Shown here one piece after another: positions 12,296 through 26,270 of a stretch of DNA of 64,000 nt; within the stretch, counting starts at the first letter, position 1; every line of letters starts with the position of its first letter. The stretch lies in the NCBI GenBank assembly GCA_038087875.1, contig CM075989.1:23438001-23502000 (forward strand), given 5' to 3'. The notes below the pieces were generated by a model. It made no database searches. It saw only the letters and a list, made by a program, of their open reading frames with translations, and had not been told where the DNA came from. Source of the DNA: Malacoraja senta (Eukaryota). The position numbers were made by a program, and so were the translations under genes.

Positions 12296-13400
12296 ACATT
12301 AGCAAATTTGCAGATGACACAAAGCTGGGTGGCAGTGTGAACCGGGAGGAGGATGCTATGAGGGTGCAGGGTGACTTGGACAGGTTGGGTTAGTGGGCAG
12401 ATGCATGGCAGATACCGTTTAATGTGGATAAATGTGAGGTTATCCACTTTGGAGGCAAGAACAGGAAGGCAGATTATTATCTGAATGGTGTCAAGTCAGG
12501 AAAAGGGGAAGTACAACGAGATCTGGGTGTCCTGTACATCAGTCACTGAAAGTAAGCAGGCAGTGAAAAAAGCTAAGGGCATGTAGGCCTTCATAACAAG
12601 AGGTTGAGTATAGGAGCAAAGAGGTCCTTCTGCAGTTGTACAGGGCCCTGGTGAGACCACACCTGGAGTGTTGTGTGCATTTTGGTCTCCAAATTTGAGG
12701 AAGAACATTCTTGCTATTGAGGAAGTGCAGCGTAGGTTCACGAGGTTAATTTCCTGGGATGGCGGGACTGTCATATGTTGAAAGAATGGAGCGACTGGGC
12801 TTGTATACACTGGAATTTAGAAGGATGAGAGGGAATCTTATTGAAACATATAAGATTATTAAGGGATAGGACATGCTAGAGGCAGGAAACATGTTCCTGA
12901 TGTTGGGGGAATCCAGAACCAGGAGCCACAATTTAAGAATAAGGTGTAGGCCATTTAGAACGGAGATGAGGAAAAACCTTTTCACCCAGAGTTGTGAATC
13001 TGTGAAATTCTCTGCCTCAGAAGGCAGTGGAGGCCGATTCTCTGGATGCTTTCAAGAGAGAGAGTTAGATGGAGCTCTTAAAGATAGTGGAGTCAAGGGA
13101 TATGGGGAGAAGGCATGAAAGTGGGAACTGATTGTGGATGATCAGCCATGGTCATAGTGAATGGCGGTAGATGAAAAATGCTGGAGAAACTCAGCGGGTG
13201 AGGCAGCATCAATGGAGAGAAGGAATAGGTGACGTTTTGGGTCGAGACCCTTCTTCAGACTGATGTCGGGGGAGTGGGGTCTTGAGTTCTTTCTTAAAAA
13301 TGTAGATTTTGCCAGCATCTGCAGTTCTTTCTTAAACAGTGAATGGTGGTGCTGGCTCGAAGGGCCGAATGGCCTACTCCTGCACCTAATGTCTATTGAA
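12296..13400 (+). mobile_element. CR1-type LINE 3' fragment with a nested Penelope-derived insertion (13169-13337)
   Basis: SKFADDTKLGG...; 3'UTR interrupted by an insertion flanked by a 13-bp TSD. Confidence 0.9.
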
Positions 13401-14238
13401 CTGAGTTCTGGTTAAACCTGAGAAAAAGACAGCTCATAGAAACATAGAAAATAGGTGCAAGAGCAAGCACTGCCATTCAATATGATCATGGCTGATCATC
13501 CAAAATCAGTACTCCGTTCCTGCTTTTTCCCCATATCCCTTGAGCTAAATCTAACTCTAATGCTTCCACATTGCAGTCTAAAGAGAAATGCATAAAACAG
13601 GCAAAGGACTGATTTGGAGCAAGTAGTTTAGATTAAATACTGCAATTTATATCCTCTTTTATTTGTTTGCTAGTTTAAAACAAACGTGGTGCCAATGTTT
13701 TAAATGGTTGAATGAAAAGTCCCACAAAATAATAGTTTTGTTCAATAATTTGAAAACGCTGCTCAAACTATACTGAACCTCGGGTATAGATTTGTCAAGA
13801 TTTGAATAGAGTTGGAGGTGGATGATATGGAGTTAAGTCGTCATTCTAATTGATTATTCATTCTTATTAATTGCCTAGAATTTTGCTAAAATTCCAATGA
13901 AGCACCTGAAGGTGTTAGTTTAAACCTATATTCACATTAGACATAAAATGCTGGAGTCACAGGCAGCATCTCTGGAGAGGAGAAATAGTTGACGTTTCAG
14001 GTTGAGCCCCATTCTTCAGACTGATTTTATTTGTTAAATTCTTGAGTGTGAAATTTAAGTACTCGGGGTATAGGTAATTGGTACTAATTTGATATTACCT
14101 TTTTCAGTTATCTGTATTTCAGAATTGTTCATTGTCTTTCCTCATCCTGTTTCTAATCTACTGCAGTCCCAATGTTTCACCATCTTGACACTTTACTTTG
14201 TGCTGTTTGTCCCCTGTTTAGCATTGCTTTACTATTAG

Positions 14239-15285
14239 TAGCAATGTTACACAATTTTGAGATTTTAAAAATCAAGTCTGTAATTTATCCCATCAGATAA
14301 AGCATAAAAAGAAGTTTAATTTGACACCTAATTCACTTTCATATCTTCAGTATTAAAAAGGTTATGGCCATTGTCATACTCGGAAATTAACATCTTGTTC
14401 CTTATTGCTTTTCCATTGACTTAACACAAAAGCTGTGATCGAGGACAGTCAAAAGCCCATAACTTTCTTAAAAATTAAGAGAACTGAAAGAAATTTTCAG
14501 TTATTATAGATTGAAGCATTCTGAAACAAATATGAAACAATCTTACTTAGATGACATGAAATTAAAGCATATAATTAGTTAGTTACCTAATTGTAGCTAA
14601 TTACAAAATTCAATTACTAGATCTAAACATCTATCAATTTCTTAAGAATAGATTAACATTTTTAAATAGCCTAAGTGTCCAAATAACATTCACACAAGAA
14701 TTCACAATATAACATAATTTTTTTTATCTCATTGTCATGGATTTACAGGCCAAATGGAAGAAATTGAATGTTTAATACCTGTAAATTAATGGGAATTTAT
14801 ATCATCTTGCGAATGGGGATTTCTGGAACGCGATCATTTGGAACGTTCATTTGCGGTGAATTTAACCCCGTATTGGCATGAAAATTATTGCCGTTCGGGG
14901 GAAAAAATCACCCATGAAAAAATTGGCATGTAAAAAGTGAATTAAAGGCCTCTTAAGGAGAACGTTTATACATAAAAATAAACCACTTTCGTTTACCTTT
15001 CCCGTGTGTGAAATCCGTCCCCGTTGTTGGCGTTGACGGGTTCAGAAGATGATTTTAAAATGATTCCAACGCAGAACTTGTCGGGAGATTTTTAAAACAA
15101 AATACTCAAAACGCCCCTCGGAACGATTCTTCCGCAAAAGCTTGTACTCCAACAAAATATAATTCAGGACAAGGTAGGAGAAACCCGCGTTTTAACCCCG
15201 CCCCCCCCATAAAGGCGCCAAAATCGCGCACACGGCCAGTGACAGAATTACAGCGCCGCTGAAGGCAAGTATTGTAACATACCTA
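14239..15285. mobile_element. Non-autonomous DNA transposon (hAT-like termini)
   Basis: Imperfect TIRs TAGCAATGTTACA / TGTAACATACCTA; flanked by CTATTAG duplication (ACTATTAGT if the ends are shifted by 1 nt); CpG-rich right half. Confidence 0.75.
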
Positions 15286-16713
15286 CTATTAGTGTGATGA
15301 AAGTCCCAAGCTCGGGAATAGTCTACAAAAACCTTTCCATTGGGTAACAAGTCTCTTTGAGAGCCTTCCTATAACCTACTTCTGGGCTTTAACATTTGGC
15401 CTAATATCACCAAAATACTACGGATTCCGTAAATCTGAAATTTAATAAAAATGACAGAAATATGTGGTGCGGGTCAGGCAACACCTTTGGAAAGGAAAAC
15501 AGCTATTGTTTTGGGTCTGTGAACTTTCATGAATAATTTCAGAAATAATTTATCTGAAATGTTAAAATGGTTTTCTCTCCATAGCTGCTTTTTGATGAGT
15601 ATTTCTATTATTGCTTTGGGTTTTGCTGTTTTAAACCTGTTTTGGGTCATGTGAGTATACAAACATAAACTACTGGAAGTACACTGTAGGTGAAATAGCA
15701 TCTATAGTGAAGGAAATGGTCATTGACATTTCCATGAGAACTATGAAAAGTTAGGAATTGAGTTAGGAAACTCAAAGTTAGGAGAAGGGGAGGGAATGGC
15801 GAAGGCAAAGGAAATGCCTATGATAGGGTGGAGCAGAGAGACTGAATGACCCACACATTGGTGGTGGTGGCTGAGTGTGCAGTTAAAGCCTTGTTAATCA
15901 CAGCTGATCCATCTTCTGCTTTCTGCATGTGCATGTCTTGCTCCAGTGGCCGTAGGGTATTATACAATGTTAAAGGCATCATGTGACGAATAAAACTTGA
16001 CGATGTAAATGGATACTGTATCTTCAGTGATAAATAAACCAAGCAGTAGTTCAAGTATGATATTAAGAAAAATTGATTTTTACTGGGAAATTGAGGTTGT
16101 GTCTGCGAATTGAAGATTGAGATTAAGTATCAATTATTTTATTGTGTTTAATACTTCCTTACAATATGTGTATTGCTTTGGACTTTTCCGGTGGTAGAAA
16201 TACATTTTTGAAAGATTTGCTTCAAAATTGGAGCGGTCTCGACTCTGATTAAATGCATTGTGTGCCATTGCCTGTCACTCAAGGATGCTGTGAAGCCTAT
16301 CCATGCATCTTCAATTGAGTGTTTCTCGCTCTCCTTTGCAATCAGAATGCAGTGTTGCTCAAATGGTCAAATAAATAATGGATGATTGTCTGTAGATAGA
16401 CACAAAATGCTGGAGTAACTCAGTGGGACAGGCAGCATCTCTGGAGAGGACTTGGTAGAGATGTCAGGACTGGTGTGTAAGCTGAAGGATGAGATTGCAG
16501 ATCTATTTATTAATTGGCTGGCTGTTCTCAGAACATTTGAAGCATTGGGTTCTTGCTCGTATGTTAATCTTTGCTACTACTTCAACCGCTTTCTTATTTT
16601 TTCCTGTTTGGAATTCCCACTTTTCGTCATTGATAGCATTTATACAGCCATTAGTGCCCACTTTTGACATTCAAACGTTTTCTTCACTTAGACTATCCTT
16701 TTGTCTTTGGATG

Positions 16714-17017
16714 AGTCATAGAGTGATACAGTGTGGAAACAGGCCTTCGGCCCAACTTGCCAAAACTGACCAACATGTCCCAGCTACACTAGTCCCACCT
16801 GCCCGCATTTGGTCCATATCCCTCCAAACCTGTCATATCCTTGTACCTGTCTAACTGTTTCTTAAACGTTGGGATAGTCCTTGCCTCAGCTACCTCCTCT
16901 GGCAGCTCGTTCCATACACCCACCATCGTTTGTATGAAAAGGTTACCCCTCAGATTCTTATTAAATCTTTTCCCTTTCACTTTAAACCTATGTCCTCTGG
17001 TCCTTGACTCCTCTACC
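16714..17017 (-). mobile_element. CR1 LINE 3' end (second subfamily; similar copy at 33612-33888)
   Basis: SRTRGHRFKVKGKRF...VGVWNELPEEV...GYGPNAGRWD. Confidence 0.85.
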
Positions 17018-20000
17018 CTGCCTAGTGAAAATGTAAGCAAATACAGAGTACCGTATGATTTTTGAGGGGTGTTCTTTTTGTGTGTGTCTTGATGGTAGAA
17101 GTTGTAATAGTGAACAATTATATGGACAGAAATTAGAGTATTATTCTTTGAGATTCCAATGACCATTGAAATTCCTTTTTCTGTTTATCATCTGAGCATC
17201 CAGGTTTCTAAACAAATTTACTTCCTATAAAATACAATTGTTTTAAAACAATACTTCGAATTTCTTAAGCCCATTTTGATACTTTGTTTCAGTAAAACAG
17301 GACGAAGCTAAGAATTATGCTTAATTTGAAAATAAACTTTAATTTGCAATTAGCTGCTTTATTTTTAAACCTAAGTCAAATAATAGATTCAGTGGTGAAG
17401 AAAATATAAAATGGAGAGATATCTCTGGCTAATCTTCATAGTGTAGCTAGAAGTATAAATCGGTACTGATGCAATTTAGAGATTTTCTCAACTTGTGTGT
17501 GTGGTTACTCATAATCTATGTTTACTTTGCTTTTTTTTTTCTTATAACTGACAATTGGCTCATCCCAAGGGTTGTGTAGCTACAAAATTATTTTGAGGGA
17601 AAATGCTGTAGGAATTCCAAATGTGTTCATGGACACTTTTTTCAAAGTTTGCTTTCCAATATGATCTTTAATTTTTGGCAGATTTATCAAGGTAACAATT
17701 TAAAAATCTTTCAATTTGAAAGGCGCCCTCATTGTTTGAATTGGGTAGATTGTAGAGTGATTCCAGAGTCGTAATGTAAACACAAATTAACAGCTCTTTA
17801 TTGCTAAACAACCAATATTGTGGTAAAATCTTCAATGGCTAACACTTTGAAGTGCTTAATGTCATTTTTTTGTTTGTTTGAAAATAAGTTACGTCATAAA
17901 AGATTGATTTACAGATATTAGCAAAGTGTTATCTTGTAAGAAATGTTTTCCTATTTGTGTGTACAAGTAGGACAAGGCGCAATACCATATTAAGCTCACC
18001 TGTTTAAAATATTTAATTGGTAAAAGTCATGTTCTAAGAAAGTTGGAATTTTGGGCAGCCAGCAGTCCCTCTTTTCTGTCGGGTTGTGTATACAAAAGAG
18101 AGCAGGAATGAAATTTATACTTTCTTAATGCTTTGCAAAAATAGCAGTAAGAGGGAGAAAAAAAGGAGAATGACGAATGCACAGTGTTCCGTATTTCTTC
18201 CCTGAGAATATTTTCAGTATATAGAAATAATGAAGCATAGATAGGATAGACTGTCAGAGCCATTTTACACAGGGTGGAAGGTTTATAGGTCCTTAGTTTA
18301 AGCTGAGAGGAGAAAAGTTTAAAGGGCATGTCGGGCAAGTTTTCTTTTGAAGAGGGTCTCCACTGGAAACGTCACCCATTCCTTCTCTCCAGAGATGCTG
18401 CCAGTCCTGCTGAGTAACTCCAGCTTTTTGTGTCTATTTTCTTTTAGAATGATGGGTGACTGGAATGCAATGCCAGGGGTGGTGGTGGAATCAGGATTTT
18501 ATAAACGTTATAGGGTTTTTAGATAGGCACATGGATATGTAGGGAATGGAAGAAAATAGTTCACATGCAGGCAGGGGAGATCAGTTTAACTTGACATTGT
18601 GTTTGATACAGTCATAGTGGGCCAAAAGGCCTGTTCCTGTGCTGCATTGTTCTCTTTTCAAAAAGTGCACGAGAATATCCATTGTCTGAGACCAAAAAAC
18701 ATTAGTAGGGACTGAGTTACATTGATATATCCACCGTTAGAATATGTTAATATTAAAACTTCAATGTTTCCCGTGGAGGGCAGTGAATTCGTATAAATAG
18801 ATAGATGTAGATTTTTAATAAATAATACCGTATAAATTCCCAATTAAAACTACAGACCTGGCTATAGTCAAAATCAAACCTCCCACTGAAAAGCAAAATT
18901 GCTGGAAATTTGCAACAGATCTGGCAGTGGAGAGACAATGTGTAGGAAGGAACTGCAGATGCTGGTTTAAACTGAAAGATGAATAATGCTGGAGTAACTC
19001 AGCAGGACAGGCAGCATATCTGGAGAGAAGGAATGGATGACGTTTCGGTCGAGACTCTTCAGATAGTCTATCAGAGACAATGATGAGTTAAATTTTGAAT
19101 TAACAGAATTCTGAGCCCTGTCTTCACCATTGTCTGATCTTGGAGCTTTTTGGAGTTGAAAGGCGTGGTTATTGTGAGCATCTAATGAGGCCCTCTTTGC
19201 TGGATACCAGCAAGTTCAAAATGTACAGTAATGGTGGGGAGCAGGAAAGTCTGCCCTGCGCCAAGGCAAATTCCTTGCATGTGAATACTTGGCCAATAAA
19301 CTTATTAATTAATTCATTCACTCATTGATAATAGGAAGCTGAGTTTAAATTTATTTTGTCATTGGAATTCCAACTTTTGTGTAATTTAAAATGTTGCCCT
19401 GTCTGATGCATCACCTAAAATAACGAAGAGAAAACTTTTAACTTGCACTGAATAAATTCAATGTCTTAACAAATGTTTGCAAACCATTGTTTTTCTCAAT
19501 TTTTTTTAAAACAATGAAAAACAGATTGATCAATGTTACTGCCTCAACCTGACTTTATTGAACTGTTGAAGGTATATGTAAGAAATTTCAAAATCACATG
19601 AATTTGTTTGTTTTTTAAAGAGCTAGTTAATATGTAGGTAGCTGAGTTATTTATTGTAAGTTGGTATATTTAGTTAGATATAGTTAGATAATGCTTAGGG
19701 CTTAGTTTTCTTAGTTGAATGCTTATTCTAGTATAAGTTACAGCACAAGTACTTTGTGTTTTAATTGTAATATGTAAGAAATTTCAAAATCACATCTGTG
19801 TGCTATGAATTAGTGATGTTTTATGTTGGCAGACAATTAGTGATGTTTTATGTTGTTAAATTTGTCAATTAAACAAGCCCCTTAAAATCCCGAGGAACTA
19901 CCTTGATAGAAACATAGAAAATACGTGCAGGAGTAGGCCATTCGGCCCTTCGAGCCAGCACCGCCATTCATTGCGATCATGGCTGATCGTCCCCAATCAA

Positions 20001-23000
20001 TAACCCGTGCCTGCCTTCTCCCCATATCCCTTGATTCCACTAGCCCCTATAGCTCTATCTAACTCTCTCTTAAATCTTAAATTGATGTTATAAATGCAGT
20101 TTCCAAAATGTCTTGGTAAGCAGATTGCTACTTGAATTAACTATAACTGGTCCCAGGGCATTGCCAGAACCTGTTGAGAAAATTAATGATCACTGAATAC
20201 TTTTTATTTGTGTTTGTGATTTGGTTAACACTTGGAATTATTTTACTGAGAAACAATGTTTTTTTTATAAAGGGTCTGAAAGCAAATCGATATCATTGAT
20301 GTATTATTTATTGCCTACCACACCTAAAATGCTTCCTTAAGTTATCTATAAACCTCAGAATTGGCAGTCTTTGTTTTTCCATTTGTTCCCACCGTTGCTG
20401 CAGACATGAGCATTCATTCCTATTATTTATGTTGAATTTGCTTGTTTCCACAAGAAAATTGCTTCTGATGGATCACTGGCTGGTCAGAAAGTGAGCAACA
20501 AAGTGCGGTAGCTGAACATCTAACAAAAATAGAAAATGACTAAAATATGGAAAGAATAGCAGTAATATTGTTTTGGGCCACTTGTCTTTCATCATAACCA
20601 GGGAAAGTTAGAATACCCAACAAGGTGATGGTTTAGAGATAAGAGGATGTCTGTGATAGGATGGAGATTGATAGGTTGGATGACATGTGGTGGTGGCTGA
20701 GAGATTATGAACAGTTTGCTAATTGCAATCTCTCTGGCAAAGATATAAATAGGCAAAGGAGAGAAGAGAGTGAAAAACCTATGGTGGAGCATTTAGATAT
20801 AAAATGTTGCTGGAAGTCTCAAATAGTTATTTGGCATTAAAATCTTTTAGTTTATTAGAATATTAGATATTCTGCACTTTGGTTTATACTGCAATACATT
20901 TGTGGCACCTATTTAAATGATACTTTAGCCTTTTACACTATTACAAAAAAGCCAACATAAGCTTGCCAAACATCATCTAATTTCTCCACCTGGATATTCT
21001 ACAACCCTCAGGACTCTACATTGGTTTCAGATTGCCAGCCTTTCTGGTTTGCATTAGAATAGTGCAGTTCTGATCAAATGGTATCAAAGTGTAACATTAA
21101 CTTTTCCTCTCTCCACAGAAGGAGATGTTGAGTAATTCTGGTATTCATCCTTATTTCTCATTTCCAGTAAAATTTGTATTTCATCTCTCAATTTGGGCAC
21201 TGATTGCTTTTTTTCCCCTCTGTTCTCATTAATCTTTTTCTATTTACACAACTAGACTAGTCAGCTGATCAAAGAGCTTTCAGTAATCTCTCAGTTGCCA
21301 CCACTACTTGTTTCATTCAGTCTGCTTAGTTTCTACCCTATCGTAAACATTGCCTTTTGTCCCCTTTCCTATCTGCAACTTAAAATTTGATTTCTACATT
21401 TCCCAGTTCTGATGAAAGATCATCATCTTGTGTTAACTGCTAACTCCACAGATGCAGCCTGACTTATTGTTAAGTAAATACTTGGCAATAATGAATTCTG
21501 CAATATAAGTACCGGTACATAAACTCACCGTGAATTGATAATGATCATCCATCCCAAATAAACGTAGAACTTCTAATTCTTGTGGTGTCTGCAGCAGCAT
21601 TCTCCTTTATTCCTTTGAAGTGGATATTTTGAAGTAAAAGAAAATATGAGACTATGAATAGATGTATGTTTGGTTTGGGATAGCTTTAGCAAAGTATAAA
21701 TGATAATGCTGTCAAATGAGCAATGTAAGTAATCTTGTGAGTGGGATATCTTCACCTACGTATTATAATTCCTGCTTTATCTACTAAGCACTGCTCAAGA
21801 ATATACATGTAGTAATCTTTTATCATCTCCTGCAAAACCGTAATGTATCTAGCATACTATTGAACTAAGAGATCTGTGTCACTAATAATATATGAACTAT
21901 TCGAGAGTATGTTAAAGAAAATGGAAGTTCTGTTTTTTTTCCTATTAGTTAATATAAATGTATATTGAAATGTCGAGAGGAAAATGCTGCTGTGTGCAGT
22001 TTATAAAAACAATGTCCAGTATCCAGATATTCACCTGTCAAAAAAATGATGCTTTTAGTATCAAGATTTCAGTTTACTCATAATTTGTGTGGGCTAACTC
22101 AGCTGATCTACACAAGAACACAGGGTGACTGTCTTTGTCCTTTGTCTCTTGACAATCAGATAGAATTTCTAGTTCTGAGTTCCCTTCAAAGATCCAAGCC
22201 GGAAATGTAAGGAATAGAAGGCCATTTAACCATTCAAACCTACTTCATAATTCAGCACGATTCTGGCTGAACCATGATGTACCCACAAAGCTCTATTTGT
22301 CATGCATCCCTCCCTCAATGACGTGGGTTAAACAATAAAATTGCATTTGACAGTGGTGTTTCCCAATGCGTAACTGCCCACCAAGTTTTACTGTTGCAGC
22401 TAATGGGTGCAGAATCTTGACAGGATGTTGAAAGGATGGGTGAACCATCATCCCAAAACATTTGCTAGCATATAATCCAAGTTTTCGAGAGGGTAGAAGC
22501 CTGCTTGGGACGGGGGTGTGATGATGGGGAGTAAAGGTGCTTTACATTTCCCATTTCACAACTAAAAAAAAGTTGCTCATTGTTGGGGATGAGCTGACAT
22601 TGATAACATGTGTAGGAAGGAGCTGCAGATGCAGATTTAAACCGAAGATAGACACAAAAAGCTAGAGTAAAACCTAGGGTCAGACAGCATCTCTCGAACC
22701 GAAACATCACCTATTCCATTTCTCCAGAGATGCTGTCTGACTCGCTGAGTTACTCCAGCTTTTTGTATCTCTCTTCTGACATTGATAACACACGTGCACA
22801 AGTAGTCAACCCTCCTAGGTTGATTTGCTCCTCCATGCAGATCCCCATTCCTGAATTCTTATCAATTAGTTGCAAGTAAATGTAAATGTACAACTTGTCT
22901 GCTATTAAACCTCAATGGAACAGTTTTGAGATTTAGTAGTTTGTGGTTAATATGGAAATGAAATGCTGCACTGATTTATAGGTCATCAATCATTTTATAA

Positions 23001-24116
23001 ACCACACATGACTTTGTGTAGTTCTCCAGTTTCCATTACTCTTTCTCCAACAACCACCTCATTAGTGTATTTTATCAATTTTGTAATCTATTTATTTATT
23101 TTATGTATATAACCAATTAGATGAAGCTTCAGATGTTTTTCATCAGCATGCATCTAGTTTTCTGCAGTGCTAACAATTGCTGTTGATAGTACTTCACCTT
23201 CATATCGAAGATAGACACAAAAAGCTGGAGTAACTCAGCGGGACAGGCAGCATCTCTGGAGCGAAGGAATGGGTGATGTTTTGGGTCGAGACCTTTCTTC
23301 AGACTCTTTACCTTCATATTGTTTGGTTCAATTGTTAAGCTGCCAGTAGTGGTAAAGCTTTACTTGTATGACAACATGATACTGTCATACTTCCTCTTTT
23401 GTTTTTATACTTGAATATATCTTGATCTGTTTCCTGAATTTTGCTCTTGCACATTGCCCTGCAAATAAAAATGTCTTGCATGTGAACCTTTGATGTAGTA
23501 TCAGTAATTAATCTAAATGTTCCCTTTGCACATATTAAAATTAGATGCCATATACTACAATGAAGAGAAATAAAACCTTTGCATGGTCTTATTTTATTAA
23601 AATTGAGTGCATGAAGTAGAAATGAGTAAACTAATTGCAACCCATTTTTGGAAATTTAACCTAATTTCACCCACTAACGCTCTCCACCCTCATCTCCTTT
23701 CTCCAATGCAATTCAAGTACGTCTCACTACTTACTTCAACCTTTCTATCTGACTTGCGAAAAGGATTAAGAGATTGAAGGGAAGCAGAAAGGAATCTGTG
23801 CCACTGATCCAGAAGGAGCAAAATGTGATACGTTACAATTAATATTTTAGTCTTGGGTTTGCAAATCATATAGCAAACCTTTTTATTAAAATATTGTGTA
23901 GTCACATTTCTCCCATGAGATTTGTACTATTGTGTATATAATTGGGAGGTATGCAAGAGTACAGATATTGAATGTGTTCTCTTATTTTTGTGTTTAAAAC
24001 AAGTTGACCTGTAAATTGTTATATTGCACATAATTTTTGAATGCTTTAAGGAAATATCTTGATTTATTTTTCTTTCAGATATCTCTTGGAGAGTAGTCGG
24101 TAATGCATTGACAGTC

Positions 24117-25526
24117 ATGGATCACCTTGTAAATACTGGAACCCAAACAGACCCTGTTGTGATACTAACTTTTGCGCAAGCAGTTACTTTGGGCCTTGTT
24201 GGTCAGAATGGCCCGATGAATTTTCCATTCAGAGAGAATGGAATGTATTATTTTCCAGATGGATCAGTTAACAAGAGCACTGTATATGAACACTTCACAG
24301 AGGAGCAGAACCCGGGACTGGATGTAATTAATACATCAGATTGTTTTGAACTGCATGAGGAAGACGGTTTAGAGGTGGAGAATGACTTTATTCCTTTTGA
24401 AAGGCAAGCTAGAAGGAGGAAAAGGCAGCCTGTGAAGCTAGTACATGCTGAAAAAAATGATGAAAATTGTAAGGAAGAAATTATAGAGGAGGAGTACATC
24501 GCGGAAAATCAATCCAATACTGTTTTATACAGGAATGGAATAAAAATGATTGACATTAGTAACTTCAAAAGGAAACATCTGCATCGTCCCCTTCGTGAAA
24601 GAACTCAGGAGGTTCAATCTGTTGCCTTTCCTCCAGCTTTTAAGGAAAACCTCCACTGCAATTCCTCTGACCATCAGGAAAACATTGGCACTGAAGAAGA
24701 AAAAATAATGAGCAGTTATTTTGAGGCAAATAAATCAGCAAGTTTAAGCCAAATGGCAGATCAATTTTCAGAGGAGTCGGACATTCAGGGGAATCGTAAC
24801 TTTGTATGGCAGGGACAAGTGCCATACGAGGTTGAGGTGTCTGCCTCACAGCAGGACGATCGGAACAGAAGAGCTCAGATAGACCGATTGGATATAAATG
24901 TACAGATTGACGATTCCTATTGTATTGATGTTGGGGAAGGACAGAAGCGGTGGCAGTGTCGGCTGTGTGAGAAATCGTACACTTCCAAATATAACTTGGT
25001 CACTCACATATTGGGCCACAGTGGTATTAAGCCTCACGAATGCCAACATTGTCATAAGCTTTTTAAGCAGCCAAGTCATTTACAGATGCACCTTCTCACC
25101 CACGACGGCATAAGGCCACACAAGTGTGAGGTGTGTGACAAAGCCTTCACACAAACCAGCCATCTTAAACGGCACATGCTACTGCACTCTGACATCAAGC
25201 CTTACAGCTGCAGAGTTTGCGGGCGAGGGTTTGCCTATCCAAGTGAGTTGAAAACCCATGAAGCAAAGCATGAAAACGGTAGGTGTCATGTCTGCATAGA
25301 ATGTGGCTTTGATTTTGCGACACTCATTCAGCTGAAAAGGCACCTCGTTGCACATCAAGGCCCCACTCCGTATGAATGCACAGAGTGCGACAAAACTTTC
25401 AGTTATCGAAGCCAACTCCAGAATCACATGATGAAACATCAGAATATCCGGCCCTATGTCTGTACTGAATGTGGTATGGAATTTACCCAGCCCCATCACC
25501 TGAAGCAGCACTCGCTCACACACAAG
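24117..25526 (+). CDS. ZNF710: ZNF710 first coding exon (N-terminal region plus C2H2 fingers 1-7); exon starts at 24079
   Basis: Acceptor tttcAG at 24077-24078; gtcATGG at 24117; GTQTDPVVIL, AQIDRLDINVQIDDSY and KRWQCRLCEKSYTSKYNLVTHILGH match ZNF710 as recalled; donor AAG|GTAAAG, phase 0; tail-to-tail synteny with IDH2. Confidence 0.95.
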
Positions 25527-25957
25527 GTAAAGCTCTTCACTTTCCAAATAGTGTCTGTGTGTGTAGGCTTTCATGTGAAGATTTGTGGAATGAAAATGTA
25601 TGTGGTTTTCAGTTCTCTCCTACATGTTCCTTGATATATAGCATTAGTCTTTTGCAATTAAAAAATTATACAAAAACAGTCCTTGATTTAATTTTGAATT
25701 GTTTCCTCAAAAATGTAATTGAAGTACCATACTGTATCAGGGTTAAAGCAAATATTCAATTTGATAATATGTAATAACAAGGAACTGCAGTTGCTGGTTT
25801 ATACCAAAGGTAGACACAAAGTACTGGAGTAACTCAGCAAGTCAGGGGGGAAAGTAAAAATTAAAAAAAAGTGTTCGGCCTGGACTTGAAGGGCCGAGAT
25901 GGCCTGTTTCCGTGCTTATATGGTTATATCTGGAGGAAACGGATAGGCAATGTTTCT

Positions 25958-26270
25958 GGCGGCACAGTGGCGCAGCGGTAGAGTTGCTGCTTTACAGTGC
26001 TAGAGACCCGGGTTCGAGCCTGACTACGGGTGCTGTCTGTATGGGGTTTGTGCGTTCTCCCTGTGATAGCGTGGGATTCCTCTGGGTGCTAAGGTTTCCT
26101 TCCACGTGCCAAAAACATGCAGGATTGTAGGTTAATTGGGTTCAGTAAGTTGTAAAATTGTCCCTAATGTGTAGGATAGTGTTAGTGTATGGGTGATCGC
26201 TGGTCGGCACAGACTCGGTGGGTCGAAGGGCCTATTTCCACGCTGTATCACTAAAGTCTAGAGGTCTAAA
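25958..26270 (+). mobile_element. tRNA-derived SINE
   Basis: A and B boxes plus conserved core as at 5150. Confidence 0.85.

Noticed and set aside
25527..25634. ORF continuation past the ZNF710 exon
   Set aside because: Intronic read-through after a good donor; zinc-finger homology resumes in the next exon
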